This document shows, one piece after another, positions 40,961 to 53,500 of a stretch of DNA of 64,000 nucleotides (its first letter is position 1; each line of letters starts with the position of its first letter). The notes beneath the pieces are model-generated. The model searched no databases. It had not been told where the DNA came from and worked only from the letters and a program-made list of their open reading frames with translations. Made by a program: the position numbers and the translations under genes. Source of the DNA: Octopus sinensis (taxonomy: Eukaryota); contig NC_043005.1 of NCBI RefSeq assembly GCF_006345805.1, positions 32,116,001-32,180,000 on the forward strand, read 5' to 3'.

Positions 40961-42689
40961 CCACACTTAAAATAAAAAGATATATGCTTGTATTAAACAG
41001 TAATATTTCCAGTGACTTCACAAAGTGGATAAGGAATTCCACATGATAAATTACAAAGTTATGGTTGGTGTGTATCTGGGACAAGTACATCTTGCCCTAC
41101 TTACTTTTGTTTTGACATTGCTAAAAATGAAAGCAAGGTTACCATAAAATAACGATGTGTGTGAGGTTAGTTTCAGCAGAGGAAAGCCAACCAGATGTTA
41201 AAACAATTTCTCAATCAATTCATGCACAAATTTCCAAATTTGATCAATGTCTCCATCCAGGCTAGAATTGTAAAACAGATGTAATTTCAAAATAAACTTA
41301 AAATAGAGAATTAGTTTGACCAGAAGAAATTAAGAGATTTCAGCACAATTTATGAAAGTCAAGTACTTGATGTCCATCACCACCACTACTACTCCTGCTA
41401 GCAAACCCTTTAACCTCATATTCACCAAATACTTCATCACAACGTCCACCACTATTAAACTCACTCACACAAACTCTCTCTCTCAGCCCTGCTGTATATT
41501 AATATGGACCCTTTATAATATAACTTATTACGGAATAAACTCTTACCAGTCTTGAATTCTAGCAATTAACTTTAATTTTCAAATATATTTCTTCAGTTTG
41601 ACTCTAGTTGTAAATCAGCAGTGAATGTCATATCTAGAAAGGATTAACTCAATTGATTTCACAGGAAAGGAAAACAAAGGTTTTGATATTTTTTTCAAAG
41701 AGCAGAAGCAAACTAACAGAAGAACGAGAAAAAAAATCTAGTCAGGAATAAAAACTGGATCACTGACTTAGCTTGCTACTTGTTTATTGCTGTCTTTGGT
41801 AGCAGCTCTAATTCATCAAATACATAGTTATAATAATTAAAAAAATTGTAATACTGGAAACTCAACCAGCAAGTATCAATCATAGCCATTGTTATAATGT
41901 TTTATTCCATGCAGGTATGGGAGTTGACTGAGTACACCTTACATCTGAGTGCCAGTAAATATCTAGATTGGTCTAATTCAAAAATACATAAAATAATCAC
42001 AAATAAAAGAAGCAGAATCGTAGCAATCTAAGATTCTAAATCATGTACCCTGTTTGATAACGTACCAAATTGGCAATATATATCCAGGCAGCATTCATTA
42101 GTTTTGCAGACCAAAGAGGAAGATGGACAACACCTCCATAAATGACAGTCAAATCCCAATCCTTGATTTATCAACTTGGTCATAGATCTCATATAACACT
42201 AGGGTTTCTTGTGTACATAGTTGTATGTGAGATATAACTTCATGTAAAATATCCCTCAAATCATAATTATATCATCTTCATAAAAGGAGATATACATCAT
42301 AATGAAGTATAGAGATGGATGGTCAGGGCTGGATTGCCTTTGGTGATCTGTCTACTAGATTAAGCTTGATCTGGAGTTAAACAGTATAAAATAACAACTC
42401 CATCACTTTAAAACACAAGATTTACAGGCAGACTATCACCAGTTTATAGTAACATAGCAAGATAGGAAACACAAAAGCACACTTTCTGTGAGAGTTAAAG
42501 ATCTGCCATCAAATTTTGGCATTAGGGGTACATTCTGATATGAAACCATTTTAACCCAACCCTACAACTCAAAAAAAAACTCTGTTTAATGACAACCTAA
42601 CAAACTCTGTTACAAAAATTAGATAACCTGTTAAGATGATCCTCCAATTCCTAAAGACTTAAGTGAGCTTTGCTTCAGAGTAAAAATAA

Positions 42690-42985
42690 ACTAACCACTT
42701 ATTAAGGTTATCTCTACAAGTTTTCTATTTTGTTATGATGTTTTGTAGCCAAGAAACCTGATGTAAACAAGGAGATCGAAGATGAAAAATGGGTAAGGTT
42801 GTTTACATCAGGCATCTCAGTTATGAAACACTGTAATAAAATCAGTGTTGGGTATAAATTCTATAGAAAATCTGTAGAAATAACCTTAACAAGTGATGTA
42901 ATAGCACTGCTAACACAGTAGAACACAGTATTGATTTATAAAAATACTACTTTGTAGTATATTATGGTTGCATAATGACATACAG
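42690..42985. repeat. Inverted pair of the 14590-15115 repeat family
   Basis: CCTGATGTAAACAA / TTGTTTACATCAGG and CACTTATTAAGGTTATCTCTACA / TGTAGAAATAACCTTAACAAGTG. Confidence 0.75.
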
Positions 42986-43418
42986 CATCCCAACAAGTCA
43001 CTAAAACTAACCACTATACAACACTGGAATATCCCACTGTATTCTACCTTACTCTCACATCTCTATCAAAACCTACTGCTACACCACCTTAATCAGGGAT
43101 CATTATTCCTATCACCATATCTCCTGTATCATGGATTACAGTCCTGTATCATCGATCAGTCACATCCCTATTTTGAATAACTCCCACATAATAAGCCAGT
43201 ATTGCACACTGCCACGTTCAATATCTCATAGTGGCTGACTGTGAAAGCCAACTACTACCTTTACAATGTCTGTATCACTAAATGAATAATGAAATGAGAA
43301 AGAAACTGAAAAAAACCCACCAAATCACAAATAGTTCCATTTCAAAAATATAAAGAAAAAATTCAACAGAAGCAAGAATCATATCTGCTTATGTACGTAT
43401 ATATATATACATATACAT

Positions 43419-43457
<39 letters not shown>

Positions 43458-43459
<2 letters not shown>

Positions 43460-45019
43460 CATCATCATCATCATCGTTTAACGTCCGCTTTCCATGCTAG
43501 CATGGGTTGGACGGTTCAACTGGGGTCTGGCAAGCCCGAAGGCTGCACCAGGCCAGTCAGATCTGGCAGTGTTTCTACAGCTGGATGCCCTTCCTAATGC
43601 CAACCACTCCGAGAGTGTAGTGGGTGATTTTGTGTGCCACTGACACAGGTGCCAGACGAGGCTGGCAGACGGCCATGCTCGGATGGTGCTTTTTATGTGC
43701 CACCGACACAGGTGCCAGACGAGGCTGGCAGACGGCCACGCTCAGATGGTGTTTTCTTATGTGTCACCGACACAGGTGCCAGACGAGGCTGGCGAACGGC
43801 CACGCTCGGATGGTGTTTGTTACGTGCCATATATATATCATCATCATCATCATTTAACGTCCGCTTTCCATGCTAGCATGGGTTGGACGGTTCAACTGGG
43901 GTCTGGGGAGCCCGAAGGCTGCACCAGGCCAGTCAGATCTGGCAGTGTTTCTACAGCTGGATGCCCTTCCTAACGCCAACCACTCCGAGAGTGTAGTGGG
44001 TGATTTTATGTGCCACCGACACAGGTGCCAGACGAGGCTGGCGAACGGCCACGCTCGGATGGTGTTTTTATGTGCCACCGACACAGGTGCCAGACGAAGC
44101 TGGCGAACGGCCACGCTCGGATGGTGTTTTTATGTGTCACCGACACAGGTGCCAGACAAGGCTAGCAGACGACCACGCTCGGACGGTGTTTTTATGTGCC
44201 ACCGACACAGGTGCCAGACGAGGCTGGCGAACGGCCACGCTCGGATGGTGTTTTTTATGTGCCACCGACACAGGTGCCAGACAAGGCTAGCAGACGACCA
44301 TGCTCGGATGGTGTTTTTTATGTGCCACCGACACAGGTGCCAGACGAGGCTGGCAAACGGCCACGCTCGGATGGTGTTTTTATGTGCCACCGACACAGGT
44401 GCCAGACAAGGCTAGCAGACGACCACGCTCGGATGGTGTTTTTTATGTGCCACCGACACAGGAGCCAGATTAGGCTGGCGATCGGCCACGATTGGATGGT
44501 GATTGTTACGTGCCCACAGCATGGAGGCCAGTCGGTGCGGTACTGGCTATGGCCACGTTCGGATGGTTTTCTTGTGTGCCACCGGCACTGGTACCACAAT
44601 TCCATTGATGTTCATCTATTTTGATTTTGTTTGATTTTCACTTGCCTCAACAGGTCTTCACAAGTGTCACAAGAAGGAAGGTATGCACAGGTGGACTGAC
44701 TACGTCCCAGGTAGGGGCCACGGGTTATGGCCTGACTAGTCTTGCTGGGTCTTCTCACGCACAGCATACTTCCATAGGTTTCGGTCTCTAGTCATTTCCT
44801 TGGTGAGACCTAAAGTTCGTAGGTCGTGCTTCACCACTTCGTCCCAGGTTTTCCTGGGTCTACCTCTTCCACAGGTTCCCTCAACTGCTAGGGTGTAGCA
44901 CTTTTGCACACAACTATCTTCAGCCATTCTCGTCATATGACCATACCAGCGCAGCCGTCTCTCTTGCACACCACAACTGACGCTTCTTAGGTTCAACTTT
45001 TCTCTCAAGGTACTTACAC

Positions 45020-45023
<4 letters not shown>
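43458..45023 (-). mobile_element. Young 5'-truncated RTE LINE with duplicated 3' end
   Basis: ORF end [31 protein letters not shown] (44736-45023), then a 3' UTR with a 62-bp array and (TGA)n tail at about 43838. A second 3' end copy lies at 43458-43828. Many CpGs are retained. Confidence 0.92.
44008..44590. repeat. 62-63-bp tandem array (8 clear units plus degenerate ones); 3 more units at about 43632-43828
   Basis: Unit ATGTGCCACCGACACAGGTGCCAGACGAGGCTGGCGAACGGCCACGCTCGGATGGTGTTTTT. Confidence 0.95.
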
Positions 45024-45059
<36 letters not shown>

Positions 45060-45263
45060 CATACATATACATACATACATACATATACATCCATATATAT
45101 ACATACATACATATATATATATACATACATCCATATATATATACATACATCCATATATATATATATATATACATACATCCATATATATATATACATACAT
45201 CCATATATATATATATACATACATCCATATATATATATACATCCATATATTATATACATACAT

Positions 45264-45297
<34 letters not shown>

Positions 45298-45850
45298 AAT
45301 ATTAGGGAATAAATCCAAATTTACAGGGGAAAAATCAGATTTAGGATTAAATCCAATTTTATAGTAAAATATTATATAATATTATTAGAGACAAAACCAC
45401 TATTTTGCAAAACAAACAAGGAAAGATTTAATCAATACATAAAATTTTAATAAAAAGTCAAAAAGTAGTGGTTTTGTCTCTAATAATATTATATATATAA
45501 TATATATATATATTATATATATATATATATATATACATCCATATATATATATACATACATCCATATATATATATATATATACATACATAACCTCCCTTAG
45601 ACTCAACATATATATATATACATCCATATATATATATATACATCCATATATATATATATATACATCCATATATATATATATGCATCCATATATATATATA
45701 TGCATCCATATATATATATATGCATCCATATATATATAGATCCATATATATATATATACATCCATATATATATATATATACATCCATATATATATATATA
45801 CATCCATATATATATATATACATCCATATATATATATATATACATATATA
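45024..45850. repeat. Compound microsatellite (TA)n/(TACATCCA), interrupted at about 45295-45495
   Basis: Direct reading. Confidence 0.95.
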
Positions 45851-46149
45851 AAAGAACGAAGTGTATGTACGCTGCTATATATAAATACATAAAATACAAA
45901 ATGGGACAAGAATGCAAAACATCCGGACAACTAAGTGATACAAAAAGGGACAACAAAACACCTAGATAGACAATGCAAAAAAATAAGGACGGGTCATTTG
46001 AAGCTTTTTATCCTCAGTCAAGAACCGGATCATCCTCGCAATTTCGGCTGATTAATCTTGAGATTGCTCCAAGGAATCTAATGCTCTTAGCTTAGTTTTT
46101 CCTTGGAGCTGGCCAGACTGGAGGGATACCTTACGGAATTCCACTTCAC

Positions 46150-46472
46150 TCTCACCTGAATGCATTTCTCCACAGCAAAATCTATGTCTATAGATGGGTA
46201 GAGTGAAATCACATCCATACTACCCACTACACAACCTGTGAGGTTGTTGGAGTGGTTACAAGTACTGATTTTACTGAGGAGATCTTCTGTACTCACACAG
46301 ACATCCAGAGACATCTCTATGAGAGGTTGCAATACCTGTGAGAGGAAGTAGAACAGTCTATAGTTGCTGGAGATGTTCACTCCACAAACTTGTCTGGTTG
46401 GAGGCCCCGCGACAGGGTTTATGTAGGGTTTGTGGTCTTTGTGTAACCCATATAGTGTAGGAACATCACTGA
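46150..46472 (-). mobile_element. Penelope-like reverse transcriptase fragment
   Basis: VPTLYGLHKDHK..GPPTRQV..VGSMDVISLYPSI matches PLE RT motifs K.HK..P.RP and S.DV.SLY.SI. Confidence 0.88.
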
Positions 46473-46905
46473 ATATGCAGAATACGTACATACAGATGCA
46501 CACACATACATACATATATACATATGCATACACACACATATATACATACACACACATGCATACATACATACATACATACATGCATACATGGTCACACACA
46601 CAGACCCACACATATGTGCTCAAACAAACAAAAAGGAACGCACTGTAAATAACGGACAAAGTCAAGACTATTGAAAAGGTTGCAAGACGCAATGAAAATT
46701 TTAGGAAAATAAAAATAAGAAATAAGTTGAAATTTTACCAGTGAGTGTTTTAAATTATAAGGCACAAAAAGAAAATGGCTCCCCCCAGACACAACAGAAT
46801 ATGCTTCAACACACGATCTCATATAAAGAATCATGCAAACGAAATCCCAAAACGAAATAGTTAATTTAAGTTAAGATACATACATTTATTATATTATTTA
46901 TATTG

Positions 46906-46942
<37 letters not shown>

Positions 46943-46955
46943 CATTATTATTATT

Positions 46956-47078
46956 ATAGACCTGATGAGTGACTATATTTTTAAATAGAATTAATTTTAG
47001 ATGGATTTAGTTTTAATCGAATTGATTGTATTATTATTATCTATTTGAAAATATAGCCATAAAACGCACGTAGTCTAT
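46956..47078 (+). ncRNA. Degenerate type I hammerhead ribozyme (Penelope-associated)
   Basis: Stem I ATAGAC/GTCTAT; CTGATGA core; stem II GTGACTATATTTTTAAATAGA/TCTATTTGAAAATATAGCCAT; AAAA instead of GAAA; mini stem III ACG-CA-CGT; GTA cleavage triplet. Confidence 0.75.
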
Positions 47079-47299
47079 TTACTATTTATTGTTTATGTAC
47101 TTTATTGATTTTTAGATTAATGTTTTCTATAGTATATTTAACTTTTTCTATATGATGTGAATAACGTCTTTCACTGTTAAATTGTTTAATAGAGATTTTT
47201 CTCTAAATTTTACACACACATACACACACATTTCCATATATATATATCATCATCATCATCATTTAATGTCTGCTTTCCATGCTGGCATGGGTTGGATGG

Positions 47300-47545
47300 T
47301 GTCTCTGTGTGTGCTTGTGTATGTATATCTATGTGTGTGTATCTTTCTGTCTGTGTTTGTCCTTCCACCACCACTTGACAACCAGTGTTGCTGTGTTTGC
47401 ATCCCTTTAACTTAGTGGTTTGGCAAAAGAAACTGATAGAATAACTACCAGGCTTAAAAAAGAAGTACTGGGGTTGATTCAACAACTAAAAATTGAAGAC
47501 GGTACCCCAGCATGATCAGTCTAATGACTGAAACAAGGAAAAGGT
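47300..47545 (+). mobile_element. SINE family A 3' half
   Basis: CTTGACAACCAGTGTTG..GATAGAATAA..CCCCAGCATG..TAATGACTGAAACAAG. Confidence 0.75.
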
Positions 47546-47569
47546 AAGTAGGAAAACAGACAAATCACA

Positions 47570-48525
47570 AATTCCTTCAAGGATATGACCCTGCTTGATA
47601 TGTAGAAAAGATGCAGGTAGAAATTCCATAAGGTGTACCCAGTGCAAGCTATAGACACATAAGAGGTAAAACACTATTAAAGAAAGTAGTCTTTATGTAT
47701 GCAGGTACAATAAAAACTAGGAATGCACAAAGAAAACAGACTTTGCCCAATATCGGGGGAGGGGAGATACTTAAAAGTAGTAGATGGCTTCTGTTGCCTA
47801 GGTGACCAAGTCAGAAGTGGAGGGGGATGCTCTGAGAGTGTAGCAGCTAGAATAAAAATAGGCTGGGCAAAGTCCAAAGAGCTTCTACTTTTGTTGGTAA
47901 CAAAGGGCCTCTCCCTCAGAGTGAAAAGCAGATGCCTGGTGCAAACAGCCATGCTGCTTGGCAATGGAACATGGGCTGTGACTACAGAGGACATGCAAAG
48001 GCTTGAAACAAATGAAGTGAACATGCTCCACTGGATGTGCAATGTCAGTATGCACATACGACAAAGTCCAAGTATCCTAAGAGAAAAATTGGATATAAGA
48101 GACATCAGGTGTAGTGTGCAAGAGAGAAGACTGTGCTGGTATGGTCATGCAGTGCTTTTGGACAGGGACACCTGTATAAGGAAGTGTCAATCTCTAATTG
48201 TGGAAAGAACCTGCAGAAGAGGTAGATTCAGGAAGATGTGGGTCATGGTGGTAAAATGTGATCTTTGAATGTTGAGTCTAATGTTGAGGTTATGACAAGT
48301 GACTGAGACTTCTGGTGAATCACTATGCTTGAAATGACACATTAAGCTAAGTGAAATCATGTTCATGGCCAGTGCTGGTGAGATATAAAAGACACCCAGT
48401 ACCCTCTGTGGAGTGGTTGGTACTAGGAAAAGCATCCAGCTGTAGAAACCAGGCCAAAATCGCCTGGAGCAGCTCTCCAGTGTATCATGCCAGCATAGAA
48501 AACGGATGCTAAATGATGATGATAT
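47570..48525 (+). mobile_element. RTE LINE 3' fragment with tail
   Basis: ORF 47723..48268 (VDGFCCLGD..GCSESVAARI..ERRLCWYGH..RGR), followed by the 3' UTR and TGATGA tail. Confidence 0.88.
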
Positions 48526-48534
48526 ATCTTTTAT

Positions 48535-48838
48535 TTATTTCTTGTTTCAGTTGTTAGACTGCGGCCAAGCTGAGGCACCACCTTGAAGAATGCTTAGTCA
48601 AATTAATCAATCCCAGTACTTATTTTTTGTTAAGCCTGGTACTTATTCTATCAGACTCTTATTGCTGAACCACTGAGTTACAAGAGATGTAAACACACCA
48701 ACACCAGTTGTCAATTGTGGTGGGGTACAAACACATACACACACAGAGCTTCTTTTAGTTTCCACCAACCAAATCCACTCGTAAGGTTTTGGTTGACCTG
48801 AGACTATAGTAAAAAGGTACTTGCCCAAAGTGCCATGC
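48535..48838 (-). mobile_element. SINE family A copy
   Basis: Reverse complement of 47300-47545 plus ACTTGCCCAA core. Confidence 0.8.
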
Positions 48839-51779
48839 CATGATACATCTTCATCATATATTATTAATATTTAGCAGAAACAACAGAGTAACTCATGGGG
48901 TAAGAGTGTCATGTGTTAGCACATCTACCTTTCTTGTTTGTATCACCAAACCTCTGTGTGTATGTGTGTGTGTGTGCGTGCGCACACATGCGTGCATGCA
49001 TGCGTGTGTAAAAAAAGGAAACACCAACTTATAAACTTTGAGCTAAGTAGACTAAGGATAGAAGTTTAGAGAAGAAGAAAGTGAAAAAGAGCAAGAAAAG
49101 TAAAAAATCTATAAATTAAAGCAGTCAAGAAATAGAAAAAAATCTTATCTGTGACTAGTACCCTACAAAAGTGGCCAGAAAAGAAAGGTATTAAGCCAAT
49201 ATGAAACAAAACTTTGAACTAAAAGAATTGATAGAAGATTTAAGATTAAACTGAAGCTTTAGGGAAAACAAAAATCTTAAATCAAGAAGCTAACATCAAC
49301 AGTAGACTATAATATCAACATAAAGAAAGATAAGGTTAGGATATTCTAAGATAAAGTTTTGTCTGGAATAACAGGAAACAGGATTTGATTAAAAGAAGAA
49401 AAAAATTACTAAAAATAAATACCAAAGTCCAGCTCACATTTAACACCTCATTCTAATATTGACATAATTCAATGAAATAACTCATACTTCACATATTCCA
49501 GTCAGTCACAGGTACTAAATAAAACAATTTTGTCTACATCTTAGGAACATAAAAGTATATAGTGGCACAGAGAGAAATGCCAAAGATTGTAACTGTTACA
49601 AACTACTAGAAACATAGAGTAATAGTAATAATATTGGTTTCAAATTTTGACACAAGGCTAGCAATTTCAAGGGAGGGGATAAGTTGAATAAATTGACCCC
49701 AGTACTCAACCGGTACTTAGTTTATTGACCCCAAAAGGATGAAAGGCAAAATTGACCTTGATGGAATTTGAATTCAAATCATAGGGACAGATGAAATTTC
49801 ACTAAGCATCCTGCCTGGCATGCAAATGATTCTGTCATCTTGCTACCTCAGTAATAATAATATTAACAATAACAATATTTTATGAAGAAAATTGCATTAA
49901 TTCATCAGATTTGTAACTTAAAACACAAGTAATGAAAATAACAATTAAGTCATATTAAGTTGTGTTCTGTACACTATTTTCACTGCGCAATTAAAAAACT
50001 CTGTTTAGGCTGATCTCCCAACACAAAATATTATTAGTTTAGTTTGTTAAGACTGACTCAAATGTGTAATAATATCTAAAACATTCATTACAAGTCCCTA
50101 TGGATGTATTCCATCTTTTTTTTTATTATTATACATAAAGACTATTTACTAGAATTACAAAAGTTTTGAAAGGAGACTTCTTAAATTTAGATATTGAACA
50201 ATAATCCAGTTATTTGTATTTTCCCCATTCCTTTGTATCACAGTAAAACAGAAAAATATATCAGTCAAGGTTGATTCTCTCTACTTGCAACTGAGAAATC
50301 CCTCTCCACAGAGGCCTAGGTAAGCTCTCTTAATAGAAGTCCAAAGTCACTTCCCCACCAACTGCCCATGCTATTGATGTTGTCCAAAGGAAATATAGTA
50401 AATATTGTTATGACTTAGCATCCATGTTGTTACTGGCAAACTCTGAGTGTAATGAGCCAGAACAAATGTCACAAAATATTTGGTTGAATCCTAAAAATAA
50501 TTCTGCCAATCTACTACTAGACATGTATTTTATTGAATTCAGAAGAATAAAAGGCAAAGCTGACTTCAGTGGAATTTGAACTCAGAATATAATGAACCAG
50601 AACAAATCCTGCAAGGATTTTAGTCCAATACTTTTATGATCCTGCCAGTCCACCACCTTAATACAGGAACATCACAACTTTAATAGCTTTACTATGACAG
50701 ATCAGTAAGATTTCTAATAAACCATCATATAAATTGATCAAAGAATTTAATCAATGGCCCAAGATATTAATGATTTGTTTGTTTGCCACAAGGACAGGAA
50801 AAAAAAAATAAACAAAAACAGGGTTGTTAAAAAGATAATTACAAATTGCCAGATAGCCTTCTTCCTAAACATAAAATAATTCAACAACTACTTTGCCTAC
50901 CTTCCTTATGACCACCATCATATAGAAATAGATTGGACAAGCATGGACTGCACTACTGTATGTCTTCAACTGCACTATGGTCCTCAACTAGATGGCTGTA
51001 TATCCAGATATGGGCTAGCAGTTTGAACCTAGTTGCTTGAACAACTTGACTATGTAATAAATCTACTCAACCAGAACTGACTTAAGGTTACACAACAAAA
51101 CACCTTTGCACTTAAATAATCATTTAATTAGGTTTAAAAAGCCTTTATACCATCTCTTTTCCATCAAACTTACGTAATCACAACATTTATAAAATGCATT
51201 TTTTGTCTCTTATTAAAAAAATTGTCTTCAGATTTTTAATGACATATTCTAAGCTTTACCAATATAAATGACATGATTTTGAATTATTAGAGATTGGACA
51301 AGTTTGACTTGATTCTCGTGTTAGACACACCAAAGCAGTATGTTAGTAGTTTGGGTCACAAACTATCAGAATTACTGAGGAATACAATGCAGATGAGAAT
51401 TATATAAGCTTCTACCTCCAACCATTCTCTAACTCCTTTGTTTGAGATGGAAGGTTTTTGTTTTCCTTTACAAGCATTATTAGCATCCAAAATTCTACAA
51501 ACAAAAGATTTTGGTCATCACTCAAAGAAAATCACTCTATATTCCTAAATGAAGGCCACTGACAACCAAATGTCAATGACTGACAGAAAGTTTTGGTAAT
51601 GATTGTTACAGACTGTAACAAGAAACTAGAGTTTGTTTTTAACTTTCACATATTGGATACTAAAGAAAAGTTACGGCATTTAAAAAGAAACTGAGTTGAG
51701 TATAATACTCCACAAGTATGCAGTATGAGTGTACATCATACAGTTGAATACAGAATTGACCATACTCAATAGAATATGT

Positions 51780-52079
51780 GTGGAGGCGCAATGGCCCAGT
51801 GGTTAGGGCAGCAGACTCACGGTCGTAGGTTCGCGGTTTCAATTCCCAGACCGGCTGTTGTGAGTGTTTATTGAGCGAAAACACCTATAGCTCCACGAGG
51901 CTCCGGCAGGGGATGGTGGCAATCCCTGCTGTACTCTTTCGCCACAACTTTCATCTTTCTTCTGTTGGCCTGCTCGGTTAGCCAGCGGAGTGGCGTCATC
52001 TGAAGGCTAAAACACTGCGAAGCGCATTGTGACCAGCGATGTGTAGAAACATCTGATAGCCTGGTCGGTCACATGGTGG
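51780..52079 (+). mobile_element. Full-length young tRNA-derived SINE with 14-bp TSD (resembles octopus OR-type SINEs, from memory)
   Basis: TSD TCAATAGAATATGT at 51766-51779 and 52080-52093. A box TGGCCCAGTGG, B box GGTTTCAATTCC. Confidence 0.92.
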
Positions 52080-53214
52080 TCAATAGAATATGTAGTTTGA
52101 ACCTCAGAGAGAGGAGAGAGAGGTGGCTGTATAAGTATGAACATATGATGTGATTGAGTGGCACCCACTGGAAGAAGTGATAATGAAGAGTCAGTTATAA
52201 GAAGCCAGACAAACTAAAGAAGACTTAGGCTTCAACTTGTAGAATGATAATGTATTTTTACTACAGACAACAATAAACACACTGATACCAGCTCACTAGG
52301 ATTGAACTTTTAACCAATCCCAGTACTTCAACAGAGACAAAACGCTCTCACCACTACTGCCACCTCCACCATGAAAAAGCCATTACTTTAATTCTTAATT
52401 TGTTTTCTTTTAATTAAAAAGTTTTACAAAATAGGCAATTTGACAAATAAGGAAAACAGAAAAAATAAAAGTTGAAACAAAAAGAAGTTAACAATAGAGA
52501 GAATGTGAAAGAAAAGGTAGAAAATATTTCCAAATGTAACAGAGGGAGGTGAATGAATGAAAAGTAAGAAAAAAAATGAATGAAAATTGAATAAAATGAT
52601 TAAAAAGGAAATAAAAAATAAATAAATGAGAAACACACTTGTAAATTAATGTATTAATACTATTACCAATGCCAAAAACATTAAAAATACTTAGAAATAA
52701 ACTACTACAATAACAACAAAAGAACTGCAATAACAATAACAGCATCAGCAGAGTGAGTCTGCAACCTAACTTTGAATGGCATAACCAAAAATACTACAGA
52801 AAATGAGACTTTTTGTTAGTTTTTAGTCATTGGTGAAAACCTAATGACAATGAAAGCATAAGCCAGATAGTTGCTTTGATGAAATGAAAAACACTCCACC
52901 CCTACCATACTCAACACCCCAATAAATAATAACTAAACAAAAGCCAAAAACAAAAGCTATCTCCTCCCAACCTATTGTTTACATGTTCTGGCAAGTATTA
53001 CAGTGCAGCAGTGAATTCTAACTGGTGTGACTTGTTAAGTGTGCAGACTACTTTAGTTTTTCAGTTTGCACTTACACTGCTAACACTTCTGAGGAAGAGA
53101 TAGTCAATGCTATCTTGTCATTTGCTACAAATAGATCAGGTTGAATGAGCAACCTCTGGCTAAAGAGATCATATGTTGTGTCCTGTCAATGGTACTGAGC
53201 TCGATGTATGGACA

Positions 53215-53500
53215 CATCATCATCATCATCATCATCGTTTAGCGTCCGTTTTCCATGCTAGCATGGGTTGGACGGTTCGACCGGGGATCTGGGAAGCCAG
53301 AAGGCTGCACCAGGCTCCAGTCTTATCTGGCAATGTTTCTACAGTTGGATGCCCTTCCTAATGCCAACCACTCCGTGAGTGTAGTGGGTGCTTTTTACGT
53401 GCCACCCGCACAGGTGCCAGGCGAGGCTGGCAACGGCCACGGTCGGATTGGTGCAATTTACGTGCCACCGGCACGGAAGCCAGTCGAGGCGGCGCTGGCG
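53215..53500 (-). mobile_element. RTE-family 3' end (same family as 1-320 and 43458)
   Basis: (CAT)n..TTCCATGCTAGCATGGGTTGGACGG..GGATGCCCTTCCTAA..TTTTTACGTGCCACC. Confidence 0.88.

Noticed and set aside
43632-44590. CRISPR-like appearance and repeat-derived ORFs such as 43870..44415
   Set aside because: Whole units repeat with no unique spacers, there are no cas genes, and the context is a eukaryotic LINE 3' UTR. The ORFs are by-products of GC-rich repeats.
44920-45969. Long Tyr/Ile/Met-rich ORFs, and similar ones throughout the window
   Set aside because: These are translations of TA/CA microsatellites.
51782-51855. tRNA gene
   Set aside because: It is the head of a TSD-flanked SINE with no proper acceptor stem. 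The apparent TCA anticodon is probably a decayed TCG, not a selenocysteine tRNA.
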